Assembly: GCA_040755005.1 (NCBI GenBank)
Contig: JBFMBV010000001.1
Coordinates: 5,692-69,691 of the forward strand
DNA from: Bacillota bacterium
GTDB lineage: Bacteria > Bacillota > Sulfobacillia > JBFMBV01
Direction: 5' to 3'
DNA length: 64,000 nucleotides
Positions 19,321-28,447 of this stretch are shown here, piece by piece (position 1 is the first letter of the stretch; every line of letters begins with the position of its first letter). The notes under the pieces are model-generated. The model saw only the letters and a list, made by a program, of their open reading frames with translations. It made no database searches and was not told the DNA's origin. Position numbers and translations under genes: made by a program.

Positions 19321-21117
19321 TCAAGCGCAGGTGGCAGCCAAGAGATCCTCCAGTTGCGGGCCTTCCAGCGTCTCATGTTCCAGCAGGGCGCTGGCGATCC
19401 GATCCAGGAGTCCCCTGCACTCGACCAGGATGGCCTTAGCCCTGTCGTTGCACGCATGGATCAAGTCGTGGACTTCCCGGTCAATCACAGCCGCGACTTC
19501 CTCGCTGTAATTGCGGATCTTGGTGATGTCCCGGCCGAGGAACACCTGCTGCTCCTCACCGGTGCCGAAGGTCAGGGGCCCGAGCTTCTCGGACATGCCG
19601 TATTCGGTGACCATCCGCCTCACCAGCTTGGATGCCTTGTCCAAGTCATCATGGGCGCCGGTGCTGGCTTCGCCGAATATCATCTCTTCGGCAGCGCGGC
19701 CGGCCAAGGTGGCAGTCACCCGTTCCAGGATCTCCGAGCGGGTAATGAGGTAGCGGTCCTCGATCGGTAGCTGCAGCACATAGCCCAGGGCCGATCCCCT
19801 CGGCACCACTGACACCTTGTGCACCGGGTCAGTGTTGGGCAGCTTCCTAGCCACCAAGGCATGGGCCGCTTCATGATAGGCGACGGTGCGCTTCTCTTTC
19901 TCGCTGATGATCCGGCTCTTGCGCTCCGGCCCAGCGATGGTCCTGTCGATGGCCGCCTCAAGCTCAACCATGCCGATCCGGTCTTTCCGGCGCCTGACCG
20001 TGAGCAGGGCCGCCTCGTTAACGAGGCTCTCGATATCCGCGCCGGTAAACCCAGGGATGCGCTTGGCGAGGACGTTCAGGTCCACGTCAGTGTCCAGGGG
20101 CTTCCCCCGTACATGCACTTTGAGGATGGCCTCCCTGCCGGTGAGGTCTGGCCTGTCAATTACGACCTGCCGGTCGAAGCGGCCTGGCCGCAGCAGGGCG
20201 GGATCGAGCACGTCAGGCCGGTTGGTGGCGGCCATGATGATGACGCCCTCGTTCACCCCGAACCCATCCATCTCGACGAGCAGCTGGTTGAGGGTTTGCT
20301 CGCGTTCGTCGTGGCCGCCGCCGTAGCCGGCGCCCCGCTGGCGCCCCACAGCGTCGATCTCATCAATGAACACGATGCAGGGCTGATGCTTCTTCGCGGT
20401 CTCGAACAGGTCTCGGACGCGGGAGGCGCCAACTCCAACGAACATTTCGACGAAATCAGAGCCGCTGATGGTGAAGAAGGGCACACCCGCCTCTCCGGAT
20501 ACGGCCCGCGCCAGGTGGGTCTTGCCTGTGCCTGGCGCGCCCACGAGGAGGATTCCCTTGGGGATACGCGCCCCGAGCTCGAGGTACTTGTTGGGGTGCC
20601 GGAGGAAATCGACGACTTCCTCCATCTCCTCCTTGACTTCATCGATGCCGGCCACGTCCGCGAAGGTGACCACCCGGCGGTCCGGCTGGTGCAGCTTGGC
20701 GCGGCTGCGGGAAAACTGCACGGCCCGGTTTCCCCCTGCCTGCATCTGCTGCATGAAATAGAGCAGCAGCCCTCCGAGGATTAGCAGGGGGATGATGCTG
20801 CCCAGCAGCCCTATCCACCAGGCTGGCTCAGCGGGCAGGTCCATGGTCACGACGACACTGTGCGCTTGGAGCCGGTCCAGAAGGGTGCCATCTACGAGCA
20901 CCACGGTCTTGAACTGGGTCCCGTCGGCGAGTTTGCCAGTGAGCACTCGGTCCACGATGCGGACGGAGGCAACCTTACCGGCCTCTAGCTGCTGGATGAA
21001 CTCGGTATAGCCAAGCTCCTGAGGCTTGGACTCAGGCCTCGGCAGCGAACTGGCCAGGAACAGGGCCAGCGCCAGCGCAGCAACGTAGAACATGGTGGTA
21101 CGTAGATGCCGGTTCAC
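19321..21117 (-). CDS. ftsH: ATP-dependent zinc metalloprotease FtsH
   Basis: TM N-terminus, AAA module [15 protein letters not shown] zinc site; 598 aa. Confidence 0.95.
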   Translation of the reverse strand: MNRHLRTTMFYVAALALALFLASSLPRPESKPQELGYTEFIQQLEAGKVASVRIVDRVLTGKLADGTQFKTVVLVDGTLLDRLQAHSVVVTMDLPAEPAWWIGLLGSIIPLLILGGLLLYFMQQMQAGGNRAVQFSRSRAKLHQPDRRVVTFADVAGIDEVKEEMEEVVDFLRHPNKYLELGARIPKGILLVGAPGTGKTHLARAVSGEAGVPFFTISGSDFVEMFVGVGASRVRDLFETAKKHQPCIVFIDEIDAVGRQRGAGYGGGHDEREQTLNQLLVEMDGFGVNEGVIIMAATNRPDVLDPALLRPGRFDRQVVIDRPDLTGREAILKVHVRGKPLDTDVDLNVLAKRIPGFTGADIESLVNEAALLTVRRRKDRIGMVELEAAIDRTIAGPERKSRIISEKEKRTVAYHEAAHALVARKLPNTDPVHKVSVVPRGSALGYVLQLPIEDRYLITRSEILERVTATLAGRAAEEMIFGEASTGAHDDLDKASKLVRRMVTEYGMSEKLGPLTFGTGEEQQVFLGRDITKIRNYSEEVAAVIDREVHDLIHACNDRAKAILVECRGLLDRIASALLEHETLEGPQLEDLLAATCA

Positions 21118-22511
21118 CAGGGACGGACCTCCTCTCTGGCTTCATCGGCAAGATAGACCAAAGTGAGTTCGAGGACGAGCCCGGTGGCTGGAGTGACGTG
21201 GGCGTGTTGCGCCTGGCGCACTCCCCCCACCCAGAGTAGGCTGTCGGCGGCGCAGATGATCAACAGGCGATCGCGGGCCGCGCGAGGCACTTTGGCGTCG
21301 ATCAGGAAGTCTTTGAGTTTTTTCGTCCCCGGCGCGCCCGCCGGCCAGAACCGGTCACCTGCTCTGCGCGTCCGCGCCGTGAGTGGACGTACTACACTAT
21401 TATAGTCAAATCGAGCTGTTAACGCAAACGTGGCTGGCTGTTCATCGCCGGGCAGCCGCCTGCGTACCGTGGAGACCACCTCAAGTTCGAGTTCCGGCAC
21501 CCGCGTCACGCCGGGGATGGTCAACTCCTGTTCGACCAGGGGCGGGGCTTCCGCAGGCAAGCTGGACATGAACTCTAGCTGCCCGTAGGACAGGCTGGCC
21601 CGCACATTCCCGGGGAGGTCGCGGGCCTGCCCGGTCTGTCCCGAGTCCACCAGTTCGACCAATGCGGCGACGTGGGCATGCCCCGCCTGGGCGCCGGCGC
21701 TACGCGCCGCCGTCAGCAGCACGCGGCGCCTGAGCCCAAGGGGGAGCCCGCGCAGGGCGCCGACATCCAGACCGTGGGCCGTGGTCGCTTGGCAGAGGGC
21801 ATGGCTGGTCTCCTGTTCCAGCACCGCTTGATCCGCCTGAAGCAGCGCCGCCGTCTCGCACAGCGCCGCGCGCACGGCGGGGTTGAACTCCTCCAGGACA
21901 GGCAGGAGCCGGTGCCTGACCCGGTTGCGGTCGTAGACTTGCGTCTGGTTGGAGGGGTCGTCCCGCCAGGCCAGGCCTTCCGCCCGGCAGTACTCCTCTA
22001 CCTGCTTCCTCCCCACATGGAGCAAGGGGCGGATGATCCCGGCCCGTTCAGGCCGGATGCCAGCGAGGCCGTCCAGGCCTGCGCCGCGCAGTAAGCGTAG
22101 GAGCACCGTCTCGGCCTGGTCGTCGGCGGTGTGGCCGGTCGCGATGCGGCTGGACCCTGTCTGGGCCGCCGTCCGTCGGAGAAAGGCGTAACGGACTTGA
22201 CGTGCGAGCGCTTGGGCCGACTGTCCGCTGCCGCGTACCATCCCGGGCACATCGGCCTGTGCGATGAAGGCCTCTAGGCCCAACCCGGCTGCGAAGGCAG
22301 CCACATGGTCAGCGTCAGCCTTAGCCTCGGCGCCCCGGAACATGTGGTTCAGATGGGCCACGCGGAGGGTGAACCCCAACTCCTCGCGCAGGCGCCAAAG
22401 GGCGTGGCATAGGGCGAGCGAGTCTGCCCCGCCGCTGACTGCGGCAAGCACGGCCTCCCCTGGTTGGATCAGCCCGTGCTCCATGATGCAACGCCTGACA
22501 TCATCCAGCAC
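21114..22511 (-). CDS. tilS: tRNA(Ile)-lysidine synthetase
   Basis: SGGADSLAL PP-loop; start reassigned to GTG at 22511 after the GGGGAGGGAAGG RBS because the track ATG lies inside the spoIIE terminator loop; stop overlaps the ftsH start. Confidence 0.85.
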   Translation of the reverse strand: MLDDVRRCIMEHGLIQPGEAVLAAVSGGADSLALCHALWRLREELGFTLRVAHLNHMFRGAEAKADADHVAAFAAGLGLEAFIAQADVPGMVRGSGQSAQALARQVRYAFLRRTAAQTGSSRIATGHTADDQAETVLLRLLRGAGLDGLAGIRPERAGIIRPLLHVGRKQVEEYCRAEGLAWRDDPSNQTQVYDRNRVRHRLLPVLEEFNPAVRAALCETAALLQADQAVLEQETSHALCQATTAHGLDVGALRGLPLGLRRRVLLTAARSAGAQAGHAHVAALVELVDSGQTGQARDLPGNVRASLSYGQLEFMSSLPAEAPPLVEQELTIPGVTRVPELELEVVSTVRRRLPGDEQPATFALTARFDYNSVVRPLTARTRRAGDRFWPAGAPGTKKLKDFLIDAKVPRAARDRLLIICAADSLLWVGGVRQAQHAHVTPATGLVLELTLVYLADEAREEVRPW

Positions 22512-22580
22512 GCGCCTTCCCTCCCCTGCCTGACTTCTCCCAGCCCCCCGGCCCTTCCTGCCGTGCCTCGTCAAAGAAAG

Positions 22581-22608
22581 GGAGTGTAGCATGTTGCAGC
22601 TACACTCC
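22581..22608 (-). terminator. GC hairpin downstream of spoIIE
   Basis: ggagtgtagc-atgttgca-gctacactcc, perfect 10-bp inverted repeat. Confidence 0.5.
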
Positions 22609-22640
22609 TGCTAAGGATTGGGGGAGGCTGGGGAGTCTGG

Positions 22641-25160
22641 TCACCCGCCCCGTGGTCTGAGTTGGGCGACCAGAACAGTGATATCATCGGGAACTTGGCC
22701 CTTGCGCATGTCGCAAGCCTTCTCCAGCAGCTCCTCGGCGAGCCGCTGGGGGTCCGCCGTGGTAGAGCGCCTGAGGGCCTTGGCGACCCATTCCTCCCGG
22801 CTGCCGGGGGTCCGGCTCGCCTCGAGCATTCCGTCGGTGACCATCACCAGGGTTTGGCCAGGACCCAGTACGCAGTGGTGATGCTCCACCTCAATGTTGT
22901 TCAGGATTCCGAGGGGCAGGGAAGCGCACCGGACCATGGAGACATCGTCATCGTGGCGGATATAGCTAGGCGCAGCCCCTACCTTGATGAACTCAACATC
23001 ACCCGACCTGAGGTCAATCAGGGCCAGGTCAACCGTGGCGAAGATCTCGTCGGGCGACCTCAGCACCAGGACAGCGTTGACCGTCCGCACGGCTAGGTCC
23101 GTGTCGAACCCGGCTTCCACCAGGTCCTCAAGGAGGGCGACGGTGGCCTTGCTCTCCAGGGCGGCCCGGGGACCTGCCCCCATGCCATCGCTGAGCAACA
23201 GCACCAGCTTGCCGTGCTTCAACTCCTTGATCAGATGGCTGTCGCCGGTGACTACCGCCTGGTCTTTGGCCCGCTTGGCGACTCCTGTGGTGAACTCGAA
23301 GGACCGGGACGGAAACAGCTTATAGGTGCAGCTCGGCTTGCCAGTACGCCAGTGGCACCGGGGGTTCTGCACAGCCAGCGGGATGCCGAGGAGTTTGGAC
23401 ACCCCCGGCATGACTGCCCGGACGCACTGGTCCTGGCTCGAACAGGGCTTTTGGGTGATGACCACTTCGGTGTGGCCGTCGGCCTGCCGCAAGGCCATCA
23501 CGTCTTCCGTGTCCACGCCCAGACCGTCCAGGTGGTCCAGGACCAGGTGCTCGACCTCTTCGGAAAACTCTACGTCGGTCTTCACTTCACGGGCCAGGTC
23601 GTCCATGATGCGCGAGATCCCCTCGAGCTGGCTGAAGACGATCTCCCTGCTTTCAGCGATCTTCTTCTCCCAGGTGCGGTTCATTTTGTAGATCTCGAGC
23701 AGATAATTGATGGTGGTGACGACCTCACCGAGGTGGATGCACCGCCGGCGCTGCTCCTCCGGGATATCCTCCAGGGCGAGGGTCCCCTTCATCTCGGCCA
23801 GGGTAAGCAGATCGAACATGTTCTTATAGGTCCGGTAGAAATCGCTCTCCCAGCAGGACTTGTAGATCACACACGTCTCGCACACCCTGCAGGCGATGCC
23901 GCCGAAGAGCTTGGCCAGGCTACGCTCCTCTGCCCGTTCAGCCGTGGCTGACACCTGGGTGAAAGAGCGGGACAATTCGCCGAACACCTGGCCAAGCTCT
24001 CTCAGCCTGGTGGATGTGAGGTCGCGCAGGCGCCGATCATAGCCGGCCTGACGCTCTACCTGCTCGTTGGACCCCGAAATCACCCTGGCGAGAGGGGCGA
24101 GGGATCTGCGCGGAAGCAGCAGGAACATGAGAAAGGCGACCCCTGATTCCAGCAGCAGGGGATTGATGTCTGCCCCCTGTTCCACGTAGAGGCTGAGCAT
24201 GAGGTAGCCCAGCAGATAACCGAGACCTACACCCGCCTTCCCGAAATCGCGGAAGATGCCGGCCAGCAGGCCGGAGAACCCGTACAGGCCGATGATGGCC
24301 GGGGAGATGGACCCCGCGAAACTGCCGATGACCCCGATCGTCACGCCCACCGCGGCCCCGAGGCCGGTGCCGCCGAGCAGCCCGAAGGTCATGACCAGGA
24401 ACGAGCCGACGATGTTCTTCAGGGCGAGTCCCCGCACGGACACCCCAGCCAGGCCGAGGGTCGCCCCCGCCAGCATGATGAGGAGGCAGATCATCTCCTC
24501 TGCGCTGAGCAAGTGCTTTTTCTGGTCTTTGACGAGCGCCGGCAGGGCATAGGTGAAGATGAAGGCAAGGACGAACACGAGCAGGGACTCGACGAAGGCC
24601 AGGATCAGCCCGTACGGGGTGCGGACGACAAACGCCGCTGACAACGCTTTGACCAGGAAGGAGAAGATGAACAGGAGGGAAGGAACCGACATGCGCCGCA
24701 CGGACTCGTCCGTGCCGCCCTGGACCTTGGCGCCGACGGCCGCGACCCCCGCCGGCAGCAGCATGGCCAAGACGGCCAACTCGATCAGCCGCGGCCAAGC
24801 CTGCATCGAGGCGATGCCGGCCAGGGACCAAAGCGCCACGGCGACCCCGCGGGCGGGGCTGAGCGCGAAGACCGCGCCGTAGAAGGCGTAACCGAAGGGG
24901 GATAAGGAGCCGATGAGTACCGCCCTGCTCAGCAGCAGCCCCACCAGGTTGAGCAGCAGGTTCTGCGGGGCAAGGAGATTGCCTAGCAGTAGGAAGATGG
25001 AAAGAGGACGCTGACGCGCTGACTTCGCCCGCTGGCCCGCCCCCGGCCGGGGCGGCCCGGATGTTCTGATCGGCTTGGCCTGCTCCCGCGCCTTCTGCCG
25101 CAGGGCTCCTTTACCATGCGTCAACGTGACGCTGCGGTTGGCCATACCCCACACCACCAT
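22641..25160 (-). CDS. spoIIE: stage II sporulation protein E (PP2C phosphatase with polytopic membrane N-domain)
   Basis: Multi-TM N-terminal region; C-terminal PP2C LLSDGMGAGPRAALES and TVLVAQL; start trimmed (25160 or 25145) because the track extension overlaps the tRNA genes. Confidence 0.85.
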   Translation of the reverse strand: MVVWGMANRSVTLTHGKGALRQKAREQAKPIRTSGPPRPGAGQRAKSARQRPLSIFLLLGNLLAPQNLLLNLVGLLLSRAVLIGSLSPFGYAFYGAVFALSPARGVAVALWSLAGIASMQAWPRLIELAVLAMLLPAGVAAVGAKVQGGTDESVRRMSVPSLLFIFSFLVKALSAAFVVRTPYGLILAFVESLLVFVLAFIFTYALPALVKDQKKHLLSAEEMICLLIMLAGATLGLAGVSVRGLALKNIVGSFLVMTFGLLGGTGLGAAVGVTIGVIGSFAGSISPAIIGLYGFSGLLAGIFRDFGKAGVGLGYLLGYLMLSLYVEQGADINPLLLESGVAFLMFLLLPRRSLAPLARVISGSNEQVERQAGYDRRLRDLTSTRLRELGQVFGELSRSFTQVSATAERAEERSLAKLFGGIACRVCETCVIYKSCWESDFYRTYKNMFDLLTLAEMKGTLALEDIPEEQRRRCIHLGEVVTTINYLLEIYKMNRTWEKKIAESREIVFSQLEGISRIMDDLAREVKTDVEFSEEVEHLVLDHLDGLGVDTEDVMALRQADGHTEVVITQKPCSSQDQCVRAVMPGVSKLLGIPLAVQNPRCHWRTGKPSCTYKLFPSRSFEFTTGVAKRAKDQAVVTGDSHLIKELKHGKLVLLLSDGMGAGPRAALESKATVALLEDLVEAGFDTDLAVRTVNAVLVLRSPDEIFATVDLALIDLRSGDVEFIKVGAAPSYIRHDDDVSMVRCASLPLGILNNIEVEHHHCVLGPGQTLVMVTDGMLEASRTPGSREEWVAKALRRSTTADPQRLAEELLEKACDMRKGQVPDDITVLVAQLRPRGG

Positions 25161-25304
25161 CCCTATCGGAAACCCTCGTCGTTGATTGTAAGGGCTGGCA
25201 GCATGACTATTTTGTCGGAATTGCTCTGGACCGTCCGAGAGGTTTGCGACATGATCCAGCAAAACACGAAGAACAGCTCCCGCACATGGGGAGCTGTTCG
25301 CTTT

Positions 25305-25377
25305 TGGCCCCAACGGGATTCGAACCCGTGTTACCACCTTGAAAGAGTGGTGTCCTAGGCCTCTAGACCATAGGGCC
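25305..25377 (-). tRNA. tRNA-Glu (anticodon TTC)
   Basis: GGCCCTATGGTCTAGAGG...CTTTCAA anticodon loop...GGTTCGAATCCCGTTGGGGCCA; CCA not encoded. Confidence 0.85.
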
Positions 25378-25387
25378 GGATCTGTGT

Positions 25388-25459
25388 GGGCCATGGGGGA
25401 TTCGAACCCGCGACACCCCGATTAAGAGTCGGGTGCTCTACCAGCTGAGCTAATGGCCC
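25388..25459 (-). tRNA. tRNA-Lys (anticodon CTT)
   Basis: GGGCCATTAGCTCAGCTGGTAGAGCACCCGACTCTTAATCGGG...GGTTCGAATCCCCCATGGCCCA. Confidence 0.85.
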
Positions 25460-25471
25460 AAAATTAACTTG

Positions 25472-25545
25472 TAGCGGCGGCTGGATTCGAACCAGCGACA
25501 CTGCGGGTATGAACCGCATGCTCTAGCCACCTGAGCTACGCCGCC
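25472..25545 (-). tRNA. tRNA with CAT anticodon: elongator Met or lysidine-modified Ile2
   Basis: GGCGGCGTAGCTCAGGTGGCTAGAGCATGCGGTTCATACCCGCA...GGTTCGAATCCAGCCGCCGCTA; G1-U72 and no GGG/CCC anticodon stem, so not an initiator. Confidence 0.8.
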
Positions 25546-25667
25546 GCGCGTCTGTAATGCCACTAGATTATATTATACCGCCCACGGTCGGTCAAGGCTC
25601 TCCGAGCGGTCCAGCCGCATGCAGAAGCCCCGGCAATCTCAGCCGGGGCTTGAGGGTGCGGATGGGC

Positions 25668-26063
25668 TCAAAACATCTCCCCGCGCCGCCCAGCTCCGCG
25701 GCCGCCTCGCTTGGAGTCGGTGTTCTTCCGCAAGTCCGTCAGCCGTTCATCGCTGTCTTTCATGAACCTAGCCAACCTGTCCTCGAAGGACACGTGCCGT
25801 GCCCGGTCGTTCGGCCTGCGGTTCACCTGTTTGATGGACAGCCCGATCTTGTTGGATTGTTCATCAATGGACAGGACCTTCACTTTCACCGGCTGTCGCT
25901 CAGTCAGGTAGTCCTTAATGTCCTTGACAAAGGCATCCGCGACTTCCGAAATGTGAACCAGCCCGGTCTTTCCCCCCGGGAGTTCAACGAACGCCCCGAA
26001 GTGGGTGATACCGGTCACGACGCCTTCGACAATGGCGCCTACCTTCAGCGACATGCTACCCAC
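25668..26063 (-). CDS. S1 RNA-binding domain protein (YabR-like)
   Basis: VGAIVEGVVTGITHFGAFVELPGGKTGLVHISEV S1 fold; Arg/Gly-rich tail. Confidence 0.8.
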   Translation of the reverse strand: MGSMSLKVGAIVEGVVTGITHFGAFVELPGGKTGLVHISEVADAFVKDIKDYLTERQPVKVKVLSIDEQSNKIGLSIKQVNRRPNDRARHVSFEDRLARFMKDSDERLTDLRKNTDSKRGGRGAGRRGEMF

Positions 26064-26152
26064 GATTCCTCCCAGCCAAGTCTGCGCCTGTGCGAGCTAA
26101 TTATAGGGGTTCTGTCGCCTTGTGTCAACAAATGCCCACGTTCGAGCCATTT

Positions 26153-26449
26153 CTACTTGCTCCTTATGTCGAGCTGAGCCGGGACGGCCCGCATATAGGG
26201 GATCTCTCCAGGCCAGACCATCCCCAGTTCCTCTCTGGCCAAGCGTTCGATGTACCCGACGGTCATAAGCAGCTGGGCCTCGCGGTAGAGCGTCTCATTT
26301 TCCCCGCGGATGCCCTCGATCTGGATGCGGAGCGCCGTAAGGTCGCGGGACATGCCGGCGATCCTGATCGCCTGTCCGGAAACGACCACGAGCATATGCA
26401 CCGCCAGGGCCATGAGGAGCAGGCGTCTGACGTTCAGTCGCCAGCGCAT
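26153..26449 (-). CDS. divIC: septum formation initiator (DivIC/FtsB family)
   Basis: Single TM, coiled coil, conserved GYIERLAREELGMV; start uncertain (track ORF extends to 26527). Confidence 0.65.
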   Translation of the reverse strand: MRWRLNVRRLLLMALAVHMLVVVSGQAIRIAGMSRDLTALRIQIEGIRGENETLYREAQLLMTVGYIERLAREELGMVWPGEIPYMRAVPAQLDIRSK

Positions 26450-26495
26450 TGCCACGGCGTCACCTCTTCGTGGTTGGGGCTGCCAATCAAGGGAT

Positions 26496-26918
26496 TCAAG
26501 CCTCGTCGTCCGAATCCTGCTCCTCAAGCTCGTGATGCTTGCGGGAGAACAGCTCGGCCAATGCCCTGAAAGGGGACAACGCGCGCTGGCAGACGCCGAG
26601 GATGAAGCGCAGGGTGTGCGCGGCGGCGATGACCACCACCGGGCTGGCCAGCCAGCGATAGGTCAGTGCACCCAAGCCAAAGCCCACTACGGTGTAGCCC
26701 CTCAACTCGCCGTGGTTGGCGGCGAACAAGACGCCCAGGAACAGCGCCCCGGCCGCAAGGACGAAGCCGAAGTCCGCCATGAACACCAGGGCCGTGCCGG
26801 GCCGCGTCACCCAGCACCAGGCCCTGAGCAGGTCGAACCAGCAGGCGACGCTCACCCCCACCAGCAGTGTCAGGCAGAACACCAGCAGCTGGACGTGGAG
26901 ATAGAGGGAGTAACTCAT
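26496..26918 (-). CDS. yabQ: YabQ-like spore cortex biosynthesis membrane protein
   Basis: 140 aa, 3-4 TM, acidic C-tail; at the position expected between yabP and divIC. Confidence 0.55.
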   Translation of the reverse strand: MSYSLYLHVQLLVFCLTLLVGVSVACWFDLLRAWCWVTRPGTALVFMADFGFVLAAGALFLGVLFAANHGELRGYTVVGFGLGALTYRWLASPVVVIAAAHTLRFILGVCQRALSPFRALAELFSRKHHELEEQDSDDEA

Positions 26919-27023
26919 GGTTCATGGCTATGCTGCCCACCGTCCCCATAACCCGCGCCTCAGAGACTGCCTCGCAGGATGTGCCGCCCGCAGCAACGAA
27001 ACTGCCTCAGGCACAGGGGGGTG

Positions 27024-28004
27024 ATGCCAGCTGTGATCGACAAGCCCGTAGTTGCCGTCGTGGAGAAGGGTGTGAACTACATCTTTCATCTCCTGGCTGT
27101 CGGTAAGGTTGGCTACGACAGCCGCTATGGCGACCGATATGCCCGGTCCGTTGCTGCCTCAGACCTAGGCAGCCTTAGGCGCCATGCTAACCTGCTGGTC
27201 TTCGGCGATGGCAGGGGCTTCGGGCCGCTGACCGCCCTGCTGGTGTTCATACCAGCCTTCCTCAACCTAGATACAGCCGACAAACTCGACCGATACTGCC
27301 ACGGGCTCAAGGCCGCCATCGGCCTGGGAGAGCCCGAGCGCTTCTGCAGTCTTTACGACACTGCGTTAGCCGAGCTAGGAGACTGGATAGAGGACTGTCT
27401 CGATCGAACCCACCAGGCCATCAAACATGCCCATGCTGATTGCCGTGAACCGGCCCTGGAACTCTGCGATGTGGTTCACCGGAGCTTCCTGGTCTATGAC
27501 GCGCAAGTTTGGACCGAGCAGCTGCCTGCGCTTACGGCCAAAGCGCTGGAACTGAATGCGCTGTGCGCGAAGGCCGACATTATCCGACGTTGGGAAGAGG
27601 GCACTGGGCTCCAGTACAGACGCCCTGCCTTCGCCGTATCACTCTGCAGCGCCAACGCAAACGGCCCAGATGCCAACGATCTTGGCTATGACAGGAACGT
27701 GCACTACAGCGGACGCACGCCAACCGACATCTTGAGCTTCGCCTGCCACGAGGTGGGAGTCCGCCTGATCGCGCCTGTCCGTAGGGGACTGCTGCGCGAG
27801 TTGACTCCTGCTCAAGCGCAGTCTGCGTACTGGGTGAACGAGACCCTCGCTGAGTATCTCAGGTGTTCGACCTTTGGCTGCGCTCCGGCCTTTGCCTACG
27901 ACCACACATTGTACAACCTGTTCCAGCAAATGCATAGGTTCTCCCCTGAGGCGTCAGTCGCTGACCTGTTCCGTGCAGGCGTGGAGCATCTGGGCCGGCG
28001 TTAG
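27024..28004 (+). CDS. hypothetical protein with no domain I recognise; opposite-strand insertion between yabQ and yabP
   Basis: 327 aa from MPAVIDKPVV with GGGGGG RBS; clean long ORF; about 58-60% GC; Cys/His-rich (CHGLK, HAHADC, CHEVGVRL). Confidence 0.5.
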   Translation: MPAVIDKPVVAVVEKGVNYIFHLLAVGKVGYDSRYGDRYARSVAASDLGSLRRHANLLVFGDGRGFGPLTALLVFIPAFLNLDTADKLDRYCHGLKAAIGLGEPERFCSLYDTALAELGDWIEDCLDRTHQAIKHAHADCREPALELCDVVHRSFLVYDAQVWTEQLPALTAKALELNALCAKADIIRRWEEGTGLQYRRPAFAVSLCSANANGPDANDLGYDRNVHYSGRTPTDILSFACHEVGVRLIAPVRRGLLRELTPAQAQSAYWVNETLAEYLRCSTFGCAPAFAYDHTLYNLFQQMHRFSPEASVADLFRAGVEHLGRR

Positions 28005-28039
28005 ACGAACCAACTGCCCTAACGGGAACAGGCTGAAGA

Positions 28040-28059
28040 GGCCAGGCGCCTGCCTGGCC
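28040..28059. terminator. bidirectional hairpin between the orphan gene (+) and yabP (-)
   Basis: ggccagg-cgcctg-cctggcc. Confidence 0.45.
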
Positions 28060-28088
28060 CGGGCCTCAGCATGTCATGCACTGCGCGG

Positions 28089-28394
28089 CTACCGGAGGAT
28101 GCGGTCCAGGAACCCCTTGGCCCGGGCCTTGCCGCCCTTGACCCGGCTGGCCGCGTAGGTGACCGAGTTTACGACACCCTCGATGGCAAGGTCACCGTCA
28201 TCGAGGTTGAGCTGTTTGATGTGTAGGTCTTCACCCTTGAGATTCAGCGTGCCCAGGTCAGTGTCGAGGATGATCTCCTCATCGTCGAAGCTGATCACTT
28301 GCAGTACGCCGCTCACCGTCACGTGCTCGCGGTTGGCGATGGTCACTTCGTGATGGTCAGTTGCCTGGCGTGTCATGCGGTCGTCCACGCTCAC
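28089..28394 (-). CDS. yabP: sporulation protein YabP
   Basis: HEVTIANREHVTVSGVLQVISFDDEEIILDTDLGTLNLKGEDLHIKQLNLDDGDLAIEG matches the YabP family end to end. Confidence 0.85.
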   Translation of the reverse strand: MSVDDRMTRQATDHHEVTIANREHVTVSGVLQVISFDDEEIILDTDLGTLNLKGEDLHIKQLNLDDGDLAIEGVVNSVTYAASRVKGGKARAKGFLDRILR

Positions 28395-28447
28395 TCCCCC
28401 CCCTTGCCTTCCATCCCTATGCCGGAAATGGATGGCATATGCGGGGG

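Noticed and set aside
22512-22592. Track start of tilS at 22592
   Set aside because: The ATG lies in the loop of the 10-bp spoIIE terminator hairpin; a GTG with a GGGGAGGGAAGG RBS downstream gives a canonical-length TilS.
25161-25394. N-terminal 80-codon extension of the spoIIE track ORF
   Set aside because: It overlaps the tRNA-Glu and tRNA-Lys genes on the same strand; start moved to the internal ATG with an RBS.
26524-26949. 141-aa minus ORF overlapping yabQ
   Set aside because: Alternative frame of yabQ, Gly/Arg/Pro-rich; the yabQ frame gives a hydrophobic membrane protein as expected.
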